Positions 23,601-34,170 of a stretch of DNA of 64,000 nt are shown here, piece after piece. The DNA comes from Chlorokybus atmophyticus. Taxonomy: Eukaryota; Plantae; Mesostigma and Chlorokybus algae. The stretch's first letter is position 1; each line of letters starts with the position of its first letter. Location: assembly GCA_009103225.1 (NCBI GenBank), contig RHPI01001946.1, positions 371,207 through 435,206 of the forward strand. Reading direction: 5' to 3'. A model generated the notes under the pieces. The model saw only the letters and a list, made by a program, of their open reading frames with translations, ran no database searches and was not told the origin of the DNA. The position numbers were made by a program, and so were the translations under genes.

Positions 23601-26600
23601 CGATAATCAGCTGCAGGACAGTCTGTGGAGTGAAGCTATTCTCACCGCCAATTACATACGCAATTGGTCACCTGTGAGTTCTGAGCAGAAGACACCGTGA
23701 GAGCTCTTCTATGGCTCTGCACCAGATGTGAGTGGCATGCGTGTGTTCGGGTGCATCGCATATGCACCGGTGCCCAAGCAACTCAGGCACAAGTTGGAGC
23801 CAGTTAGCAAGAAGGGAGTCTTCGTCGGCTATGCAGCTGGTTCCAAGGCGTACTAGATCCTGCTAGAGCAAGAGAAAAAGGTTATTGCAAGCAGAGAGGT
23901 GGTGTTTCATGTGGGTTCATCACAATTGAAAGCTGACTTCTACCCTAAGGACAACAACGCGCGGGCGCAAGAGTTTTCTGAGGTTGAGGTTGAGGAGACA
24001 AAGGGCGCGGCAGTCATCCTGGATGAGCACGACTTGACTGAGGCTAGCAATGTGGAGCAACATCAGCACCAGTCAACTTGCAGGTGTCCTGAGAGGGAGA
24101 GAAGCGCACCTAACTTTTATAAGGCACACGTGGCGAGTGTGCGAAAGGATAAGGAGGAGCCAAGCACCCATGTGGAGGCGCTGCGCGCACCTGACGCGGA
24201 GCAGTGGCAACGGGCTATGGACGAGGAGATTGCGTCACTTTACGCCAATAATACATGAATGCTGGTTAAGGTGCCTGAAGGTGCCAAGCCCATTCCTGTC
24301 AAGTTGGTCTTTAAGGTGAAGCGTGATGGTCGAGGCAACATTGAGCGGTACAAAGCAAGGCTGGTGGCAAAGGGCTTCCTGCAACGAAATAGCGTTGACT
24401 TTATAAAAGTTTTTGCTCCCGCAAGTAAGCATGTCACCTTTCATGCATTGTTGGCTATGGTTGCTGCTGAGGACCTGAAGATGCATCACTTCGACATGAA
24501 GACTGCCTTCCTTTATGAAGAGTTAGAGGAAGAGATCTACATTGAACAACCACCTGAATATGAAGAAGGAGAGCGCGGTGTGGCCTGCAAGCTGATCAAG
24601 GCATTATATTGGCTACGGCAAGCACCTCGTATGTGGCACATTCGGCTTACAATGGAGTTGGAGTCGTTGGGCTTTAAGGCATCAACTGCTGACCTTGGGC
24701 TCTTCTTCCACGAGGCAAAGAAGGTGTGGTTGTTAATGTATGTGGACGATATTATCGTTATCGCAAGGCAAGCGAAGTTCGTGCACGAGACCAAGCTTGC
24801 ATTGCAGCAAGCATTCTCGATGCGTGATCTTGGAGAGGCCAAGTTCTTTTTTGGCATGGTGGTTGAGCGCAATAGAGCGACGCGCACTATTCAGATCAGC
24901 TAGGAGCAGATGGTAAAGAGACTGGTTGCCAAGTTTGTATTAACTGAGGCAAAGACCAAGTCTACACCACTGGCGGTCGGTACCAACCTCGTCAAGGCGA
25001 AGGAGGGAGAGGTACTTAACAAGGCTCAATACCCTTTCGGTCAACTGGTAGGCAGCATGCTTCATCTGGCAGTGTGCACGCCTCTAAACATTGCACATGC
25101 TGTTGGAGTCCTTGCTCGCTACATGTTTGCACCGTCCATTGAGCACTGGAGGGCTGCAAAGGGGGTACTACGCTATGTGGCGGGAAGCGCTTTTATTGGC
25201 ATCAAGTTTGGTCGTGGCGACACTGAGCTGATAGGCTATTGCAACTCGGACTTTGCTGGAGACCTCGACAGCAGAAGGTCTACTACTGGCTATGTGTTCA
25301 TACTCAACAGAGGAGTTGTGAGCTGGAACATGAGGCTGCATGCAATTACAGCGGCATCCACATTTGCAGCGGAGTACATGGCGGCAGTGGCAGCGATGAA
25401 GGAAGCATTATGGCTTCGCAAGCTAATGGCGGATCTTTGAAGCATCCCATGGATTGCATAACATTCAAGTGGCGACAATCAAGGCGCCATCCAATTGCTG
25501 AAGCACCCAATCGCTTCTTCACGCATAAAGCACATTGACGTCATGCATCGTTTTCTGTGAGACAAAGTCATGAGAAAGGAGGTTGTCTTCTCGTATTGCA
25601 AGACTGAAGACATGCTCGCGGCCTTCATGACGAAGGCACTATCACCAATGAAGTTCAAGGCATGCTGTGTTGGTCTTGGCATTTGTGTTTGGGTAGGAGC
25701 TTGGGTCAAGCTGCTTGTGTGGGAGTATTAAAGAGTGACGTCCAGTTAGCTCGACCTCGATAGACAAAGGCATCGAGTGCTAATAGTTGGTTAAGTCCTT
25801 GTGCACGTTGTAGTTGCAATAAGAGGACTCATACCGAGCAGTTGTGAGTCTATAGCTCGATATTTGCATAGTCTAATTAAGGACGCTTGAAGACCCGAAC
25901 CTGGAGCTCAACAACAGTCTGGTGAACAATTCAGAGCTCCGGTGGATGTAGTGGAACTTTCTGACTACTTAGTTGCTAGAGATGTGACATAGCTTGTTGG
26001 AAAGCTCTCAAAGTTAGCTACGCGGTGCAACTTAGAGCGTCCAATATACACGCGTGTAGAAGGAATAGTTGTTGCTATTGGCTCAACACTTTGGCGGCTG
26101 GTGTGTTGTGCATGTCGTGCTTGGCCCTGCTGCATGTATGCAATAGCTTCCGAACAATAGAGGAGGAGGAGGACCCAATATGGAGGAGTCACCAATCAAC
26201 AACATTCCACACCCTCAGAATACAGATACTTGCCATCAGTCTCAGCAGCAAGCATTGGAGGACGAAGCTGTGGAGGTCCAGTAGGAGCCCAGGTACATGC
26301 TGAGGAGCATGAGACCGGAGGAAGGACGCTTCATAATCTTGGCAACATTAACCAAAGAAAAGGAGCCTACCACAAATGAGGAGGCAATGACAGCCCTGGA
26401 CACGGAGCTGTGGCAGCATGCAATGGACGAGGAAATAGCATCCTTGCACGCCAATGGCACATGCAGGCTAGAGAAGGTCCCACCTGAAGCGAAGCCCTTA
26501 CCGGTGAAGTGGGTGTACAATATCAAGCACAATGGGCAAGGCCGCATTGAGAGATGAAAGGCACGGTTGGTAGTGAAGGGTGTCATGCCAACTACCCTCG

Positions 26601-28860
26601 CATGCCAGTCCTCCTCGAGCATGCCTACATCCAGCTCCAAGCCCGAACTGCCAGCATGAAGACCGCACGCGCCCCAGCCTACTCCTAGCTACTGCAAACT
26701 TCATATAGCTAGGGCTACTCTACAGACCTCGCTGTAGGAACCGCGCGTAGCTGATCAGTTATGAATCTGTTATGAGCTCATGTGCTATAACGAATCTTAG
26801 AGGATTGCCGTAGTAGCATACGGCCTCAATGTGACCGTTGGCCTAGTGCGCGCTTGGCACTGCATAGTCATGATTGTACATGTATAACTAGGAAGTCATG
26901 TCACTAGACTCAATGGTGACACTGTGAGTGAGTACCGAGAGTAGAGACTCTTAATTTAAGAGCTTGTGAAGTGACTTGAATTGAAAGCGCACCGTTCCGG
27001 TTGCCAAGAATTGCCGTACTACGTGAGACATAGTGTATGCTCTTGTGCGATGTGCTTGTCATTGCTGTGAGCTTAATGGTGGTGTGTTTGCTGTATCAGT
27101 TGGGACATAGCATCTTTGAGTTGCTTAATTATTCACCTCACTTAACAATGTAACACACCATCCACTCATACAACGAATTGTGTAAATCACTATTATCGTA
27201 GTGGCTGTTCACTCACAGTGTCACCCTCTTTGCTCAAGTGAGTGCGTAGCATTTTGCGTCAGGTAGTGCAGTCTGTATCTGAAGATACATTTTTGTGCAT
27301 TCATTATCATTGGCATCACATAGTGCGCACACAAGCGCTAGTTTGGTAAGTGGTAGCAGCATAAAGATAAACAGTAGAGCACAAACACTCTACCCTGCAT
27401 ACACTTTCACCTATGAACTAGTTGTATGTAGGCCCACCTCCAATACACGAGGGTGACCTCAGCAGCTGGAGCCCAACCTCCAATCTCACCTACGAGCGGA
27501 CCCGCGACGGGAGCAATAATCGCAGCAAACTCTCGCATTTTGTCTCCGGCTTCATCCGCTTCGGTCTACTCCTCGCCATCGAGCTTTCCCACTATTGTCC
27601 GACAGCGACAACTACGAGATGGAGTCTTTAAGTTCAACCACATCTCTGCACTTCTCCGGACCTGTCATCACTACCGCATTGGACGAATTCAACATCACCT
27701 TTCATTCCAAGACGCGACAGCAAGTTCTGAAGAACAAAGATTGGTCAAATGAAAATTTTCCACATTGCTGCTCAATATGTGGAGCAGCAATAAAGCACAC
27801 AATGTCTGAAAGTCTGTTGCTAAATTGCATCGAGTTCATGGCTATGGCGAGCTCGCCAACACCATAGCATCTGCATCACTGCCCGTACGGCAGCCGTCGC
27901 TTCACCCGCCATTCCAGTTGCAGACGCCGGCTTGTCCATAGCTGCAGCCATTGAGCGGGCAGAGGAGGAGGAGCCTGAGTCGCTGATTCCACCAAACCCG
28001 TGCAGAGATTGAGACCAAGATGGTCGCACGACGGGCCCGGATCCTGGACCGTTCTGCAACTATCCTTAAGAACAACGAGCTGCAACCGCTAAGGTGGGCA
28101 CACCTCTGGTAATACCTGGCTTTCGTACAAGGAGCAGTGCTTTCACCCTCGGGTCAGTCGCACTGCGCGCAATATGAGTTCATGAAGCGCACGAAATGCG
28201 CGCCCATGAACTCAAGAACTCGTTAATCAGTTATGAGACTCTTGTGCCCCTAGTGCCTTGGGCACTTGGGGGCACAAGCACTCACCACATGTGAGTTGTG
28301 AGTCACAAGCTCCTTATCTGGTCGCTTGAAACCCTAGCGCGGCGGCGCCATCCTTGGCGAGGGTGGCGAGTGTGGTTAGGAGGAAGAATAGGCGGTCGAC
28401 CTCCATGATCACCATACGGTCAAAAGGTGCCCGTGGCGATGGAGAGGACGTGGAAGCCACGGCCAAGGCGGCTAGGCTTGCCGCCAATAGGCTGGCGCGG
28501 GCTACAAGTCGGCGTCGCCACACCTTGAGTGAGGAGGAGGAGAGAAGAGCGGCGAGTGAGGAGAGACGGGTGCGCCCCCCCCCCCCCCCCCCCCCCCCNC
28601 CCGTGGAGGTGGGAGAAGAGGAGGTGAACAAGGAGGGTGACGATGATGAGGACGAGGATGATGAGGACCCGCCCGTCGTCACTTACAAGCGTAAAAAGAG
28701 GGAGGCAAGCCCGCTCTCCAACACTTCCACCCCGTCCATGACACCCACGGGGGCCATGGCGAGGAGGTTGGAGGAGTTGGAGGCGAAAAACATGCGTCTT
28801 AGGCATGGGAAGGCGCCCGTCATCCCTCATGATGAGCCCATCGATGAGCCCAACCACCCG

Positions 28861-29757
28861 CTACTCAGCCTTCACGGCTTGGGTCGCAGCTCCCGAACGA
28901 GCACAGTGTGTGCCAAAACGCGTGGGGTCCTCCCCTGCCGCCTTAATGGCTGCCTTCTCCCAACCAAGGATAGTGCCGTATGGCACCACAGTGTTGCGTA
29001 TGACACACGTTCCCCCGGCTCGGATAATGGAGCGCAGCAACTTGCCTGGTCCCGCGTGCCGATATCCCGAGGCAAATAACAACTTCTCGGTGTGCATCAC
29101 CGGGCATAAGTCACCGCCCACAGCAGCTATGTGCACTGTGGCGCCCACACCATGTTGCTCGGTTTTGTTGCGCGGGATGACGAGATCTATACGGCCTGGG
29201 CGAAAAACAATGTTCTGCGCGTTTACCTCCGCCAGGTCAGAATATCGCATCATACCCGCAAATCTCAGCAGCACCGTCACTGTTTGCAACATGGCCACCA
29301 AGTCCCACCCGTCGCGAGCAAAGTGCGACACCATGGCTCGCAAGAGCTCAGGCGTGTAGGCGTCCTTCTGCCGTGTGTTCAAGGGCAGCAGCCTGGCAGC
29401 GGCCTTACGAACCACCGCAACGAGTGCATGCGCAGTGGGAGAGGCCTGGCCTGCCATGGCATGCGCAGCATGTATGGCCGAAGAGGCAAATTTCACAGGT
29501 GCCGGGGTGGTTGAATCCACCAACATCTTGGTCAAGAACAGGTCCACTGTGCCAGGGTCTGCTGGCCGGGCAGCCCAACCACAAGGCGTGCAGAACTCCA
29601 CAAAGCGACGCCAGTAGCCCTCATAGCCCCGCAGGGTGCTAGTAGCACGTGACGCCGCTGCCACTGCTGGGTATAAGGTGCGCAGGCGCTCAATCTCGTA
29701 GTCTCCGGGGACGTTGGGCATGAGCGACTGTACGCTTCGCTCAATAGTATACAGCAT
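28861..29757 (-). pseudogene. Inverted, C-terminally truncated tyrosine recombinase copy
   Basis: ORF nearly identical to 29892-30968 (RYSDL, HCARSGAAT); lacks the C-terminal catalytic Tyr region. Confidence 0.9.
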
Positions 29758-29891
29758 GTGTCAATGGCCAGAATCAAAGGCCCAGCAGAATCAAAGGCCC
29801 AGAATCAAAGGCCCAGCTTGCTTGTGGCCCAGCCCGCAAGTCACGGAACTTCAAGGGGGCTTGCCCAACAGTCGTATGTGGGCATTGCGAA

Positions 29892-30968
29892 TTGACTTGC
29901 ATTTTGGCCATTGACACATGCTGTACTATTGAGCGAAGCTTACAGTCGCTCATGCCCAACGTCTCCGGAGACTACGAGATAGAGCGCCTGCGCACCTTAT
30001 ACCCAGCAGTGGCAGCGGCGTCACGTGCTACTAGCACCCTGCGGGGCTATGAGGGCTACTGGCGTCGCTTTGTGGAGTTCTGCACGCCTTGTGGTTGGGT
30101 TGCCCTGCCAGCAGACCCTGGCACAGTGGCCCTGTTCTTGACCAAGATGTTGGCGGATTCAACCACCCCGGCACCTGTAAAACATGCCTCTTCGGCCATA
30201 CATGCTGCGCATGCCATGGCAGGCCAGGCCTCTCCCATTGCGCATGCACTCGTTGCGGTGGTTCGTAAGGCCGCTGCCAGGCTGCTGCCCTTGAACACAC
30301 GAAAGAAGGACGCCTACACGCCTGAGCTCTTGCGAGCCATGGTGTCGCACTTTGCTCGCGATGGGTGGGACTTGGTGGCCAGGTTGCAAACAGTGACGGT
30401 GCTGCTGAGATTTGCGGTTATGATGCGGTATTTTGCCCTGGCGGAGGTAAACGCGCAGGACATTGTTTTTCGCCCAGGCCGTATGGATCTCGTCATCCCG
30501 CGCAACAATACCGAGCAACATGGTGTGGGCGCCATAGTGCACATAGCTGCTGTGGGCGGTGACTTATGCCCGGTGATGCACACCGAGAAGTTGTTATTTG
30601 CCTCGGGATATCGGCACGCGGGACCAGGCAAGTTGCTGCGCTCCATTATCCAAGCCGGGGGAACGTGTGTCATACGCAACACTGTGGTGCCATACGGCAC
30701 TATTCTTGGTTGGGAGAAGGCACCCATTAAGGCGGCAGGGGAGGACCCCACGCGTTTTGGCACACACTGTGCTCGTTCGGGAGCTGCGACCCAAGCCGTG
30801 AAGGCTGGTGTGCCCCAACACCTGTGGCAGCAGTTTGGACGTTGGAAGTCTGCCACTGCAGCTGGGGGCTATGTGCGCGCAGCGTTGCCTGAGTTGCACA
30901 CACTTACGAGGAGCCTTGGCTTGGGTGGCACGTGCTCTTGCTGTTTTTATCCATCTATCGACCCATAG
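29892..30968 (+). CDS. DIRS tyrosine recombinase (phage-integrase fold)
   Basis: 358 aa; MRYFAL (RYSDL equivalent), HCARSGAAT, GRWKSATAAGGY. Confidence 0.85.
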   Translation: MTCILAIDTCCTIERSLQSLMPNVSGDYEIERLRTLYPAVAAASRATSTLRGYEGYWRRFVEFCTPCGWVALPADPGTVALFLTKMLADSTTPAPVKHASSAIHAAHAMAGQASPIAHALVAVVRKAAARLLPLNTRKKDAYTPELLRAMVSHFARDGWDLVARLQTVTVLLRFAVMMRYFALAEVNAQDIVFRPGRMDLVIPRNNTEQHGVGAIVHIAAVGGDLCPVMHTEKLLFASGYRHAGPGKLLRSIIQAGGTCVIRNTVVPYGTILGWEKAPIKAAGEDPTRFGTHCARSGAATQAVKAGVPQHLWQQFGRWKSATAAGGYVRAALPELHTLTRSLGLGGTCSCCFYPSIDP

Positions 30969-31969
30969 CGACCCCCCTGCGTGAGGTGTGTGTCGCATAT
31001 AACTTGTGTGTGAGTTATATGAGTTCATAAGCGCATGAAATGCGCGCCCATGAACTCAAGCATTCGTCAATGAGTTATGAGACTCTTGTGCCCCTAGTGC
31101 CTTGGGCACTTGGGGGCACAAGAACTCACCAGACGTGAGTTGTGAGTCACAAGCTCCTTATCTAGTCGCTTGAAACCCTAGCGCGGCGGCGCCATCCTTA
31201 GCGAGGGTGGCGAGTGTGGTATACTTTGCAGGCGTACAGGCTTCTCAAGCTTCAACCTCAATGTCGGCAGCACTGACGCCATCCACGAGTCGAAGACCGA
31301 CGAAGCGCGTGACTTTCGCACCTGGCGTGAAGAAGTAGTTCTTGTAGTTGTAGCCTAGCGCCCTAGTGCAAACTTGTGTATGAATCAGCCTAAATCTGTA
31401 CACTTGTACATTTGTATTGTAATGCACTTGGGTGCTGGGCATAGCCACCGTGCTATCGACCCATAGCGACCCCCCAGTATGAGCTGTTTGTCGCATATAA
31501 CTCGTGTGTAAGTTGGCAGGGACGCGAGCAAACTCATGATGCTTTATCCAGTCGTGAACAAGGTCCTCCTCTGTGCTAGTGTAGGATACTGCACACGACT
31601 ACAAAGTGATCTCAACAACGGAGCTTAGCCAGAGCTTTAATGGCATGATGAGCGTAAAATGGCCACAACTTGTGCAAACAGTGTCCGCATTGGGTCCTGT
31701 TTTGCTCGGCACAACGCCATCCACCTCATTGTAATAGTCATAACATGTCGATCCATTCGAGGGGGTTCTGAGGACCCCAGCAAAAGTTACAAGCAAAATA
31801 GCGATTTTGTAAATAATGGATCACAAATCCAACACTTTCATTCATCCAGCTCGCAATTTGATTCACTAAAGCAGCAGCTGCAAACACAGAAGAGTGCCCC
31901 ACCCGGCTATAACATCAACAGTGCAAGTGTACAGCTACTAGGCTGTCATAACAGCTACAGAGCTGCGCT

Positions 31970-33693
31970 ACCAAATCAGTGGCCGCCACGCCCTGCTGAG
32001 GGCTTACGGCAATAGGCACGCAAGTGCCCTGTCTCCCCACAGTTGTAACGCGTGCGGACATCGCGCTGGCCCCCCGTAGATGCGGCCTGAGACTGCATAG
32101 GCGCGGTCTTGTTACTGGTACGCCCCGCACCAGATGCATAAGATCCAGAGTAGCGGGGGGGGNTGGCCTCGCCCTTTGTTGGGAGTGTAGGCCGCCTTCG
32201 CCTTAGGCTTGGGCTGCGCCGCAGCTGCCTCCTTGATTGCCTTCTTAAGGCGCTTTGCCTCTGCATCGTCCGTAGCTAGAGGGTCTCTCGTGAGCTCCTC
32301 CATCACTTTCCAATTATGCTTGTTGGCCACTTCCACATGGTGGAACTGCGTGCACACCTCGTCCAATGCTGGTGCACAGAGCACTTGTGAGCAACACTGG
32401 TTGCGGCCATTCATGCATAGGCTCAGAGCCATTGGGTTTAACGCCAGGCGCATCCGCATTGACATCACCATCTCCCACATGCAAATGTAATGGCAAACCT
32501 GTTGTGCCTTTTACCTTGCTATGAAGTAGTCATAATGTGAATACAGAGGTGGACATGCAAGGGTATTAAGTGCGGGCCCTCCCCCCCTACCAGACACGGG
32601 GGGAGGAGGGATGCGGAACAATGTATGTATATAGATGCCTCTACGTAGATGACAAGCCCGCACCTTCATAAGGCCGATGATGCACGCATGTGCATGTTCA
32701 CATGAGTAAAGTCCGCACCCTCATGCGTGTCCTACATGTGTGCTTGTGCAAATGGCCATGCTCAATAAAGAATGAGCCCACCTTTCATGTTGTCTTTGCG
32801 GCCTTTGGCGAAATGGGGATCCTCGGCGAGGTGAGAGGGCACACGGTCGATGGAGGCCGCCGCCGAGGTGATGTAAGCCGCCACGTCGATGTGTTGCCGA
32901 GCCCGCTTTTTCATGTTCTCCTTCCAAGGGACTGCGGGATCGCTAAAGCGAATGGCCAATGCCTCCGCACGAGCATTCATTGTGGTGGAGTCGCCTTTGT
33001 CGCGGCGAAAGATGCTCATGAGTAGCGGGTGGTTGGGCTCATTGTTGGGCTCATCATGAGAGATGACGGGCGCCTTCCCACGCCTAAGACGCATGTTTTC
33101 CGCCTCCAACTCCTCCAACCTCCTCGCCATGGCCTCCGTGGGTGTCATGGACGGGGTGGAAGTGTTGGAGAGCGGGCTTGCCTCCCTCTACGCTTGTAAG
33201 TGACGACGGGCGAGTCCTCATCATCCTCGTCCTCATCATCGTCCTCATCACCCTCTTTGTTCACCTCCTCTTCTCCCACCTCCACGGGGGGGCGCACTGT
33301 CTCTCCATATCGCCGCTCTTCTCTCCTCCTCCTCACTCAAGGTGTGGCGATGCGGACTTGTAGCCCGCGCCAGCCTATTGGCGGCAAGCCTAGCCGCCTT
33401 GGCCGTGGCTTCCACGTTCTCTCCATTGCCACTGGCACGTTTTGACCGTGTGGTGGTCATGGAGGTTGACCGCCTATCCTTCCTCCTAACCACACTCGCC
33501 ACCCTTGCCAAGGATGGCGCTGCCGCGCTAGGGTTTCAAGCGACTAGATAAGGAGCTTGTGACTCACAACTCACATCTGGTGAGTGCTTGTGCCCCCAAG
33601 TGCCCAAGGCACTAGGGGCACAAGAGTCTCATAACTCATTAACGAGTTCGTGAGTTCATGGGCGCGCGTTTCATGCGCTTCATGAACACATAT
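31970..33693 (-). mobile_element. 5' part of a second DIRS copy in inverted orientation (repeat A, ORF1, gag-like ORF2 with CCHC)
   Basis: Reverse complement of atatg(t/a)gttcatgaagcg ends at 33693; ARRLEELEAENMRLRRGK; DEVCTQFHHVEVANKHNWKVMEEL; YNCGETGHLRAYC. Confidence 0.85.
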
Positions 33694-33749
33694 TACAGTA
33701 GTGGAGTTCCACGTGTTTCGCCGACAACAAGGCATCATCGTGTTGAAAA

Positions 33750-34170
33750 CTGTTTAGAGGTACAGGTAGTGGCCTCGCCGCTGTCCTTGACACCGGCACA
33801 ATGGTCACCAAGTATCTCTATTGTAACCCTGATCCACTCGCACAAGTGGCCCTGAGCCACTACTTGCGCCGCCTATACAAGTGCTACCCGCAGCAGCTAC
33901 CACTATCAGCACTGCAAGGCTGCCTGAAGGCACTGCCACATGACATCCGCTTAATCACTGCGGATCACCTCGTAGCTGTGGGCAACATCGACTTGCTGAT
34001 AGCAGGATGGGAGTGTCAAAGACACTCCAGAGCAGGCAGAGGCCAAAGACTCTCCAATCCTCGCTCGCAACCATTCTTGGAGTTAATGCGCGTCATAAAA
34101 CTCCTGCAAAGCAACCAGATTTTTAGGCCCCTGGGGTACATTATCAAGAATGTGCACTCACAGGACAATA
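33750..34170 (+). pseudogene. C5 cytosine DNA methyltransferase domain (motifs I-VI) in family B pol, upstream of RT
   Basis: LFRGTGSG (I), YCNPD (II), HDIRLI (III), IDLLIAGWECQRHSRAG (IV, catalytic Cys kept), GQRLSNPRSQPFLE (V), YIIKNV (VI, ENV-like). Confidence 0.85.

Larger units (their letters stand above)
15199..26159 (+). mobile_element. Ty1/Copia element I, full length but degenerate; 5' LTR 15199-15268 + 21323-21687, 3' LTR 25726-26159
   Basis: LTRs roughly 85% alike by eye, both tatt...aata; TSD gagta/gagga; PBS ggttatgggccca at 21688-21700; gag knuckle CHTCGVVWHISRNC, protease WIIDSS, integrase, RT (YKARLVAKGF, LLMYVDDII), RNase H; PPT before 25726. Confidence 0.9.
28172..31514 (+). 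mobile_element. Rearranged PAT/TOC1-like DIRS element with split direct repeats (A1 28172-28376, B1 30955-31016, A2 31017-31220, B2 31453-31514); RT and MT deleted
   Basis: A and B blocks each occur twice in the order A1...B1-A2-spacer-B2; ORF1 fragment 28410-28865; tyrosine recombinase 29892-30968. Confidence 0.85.
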
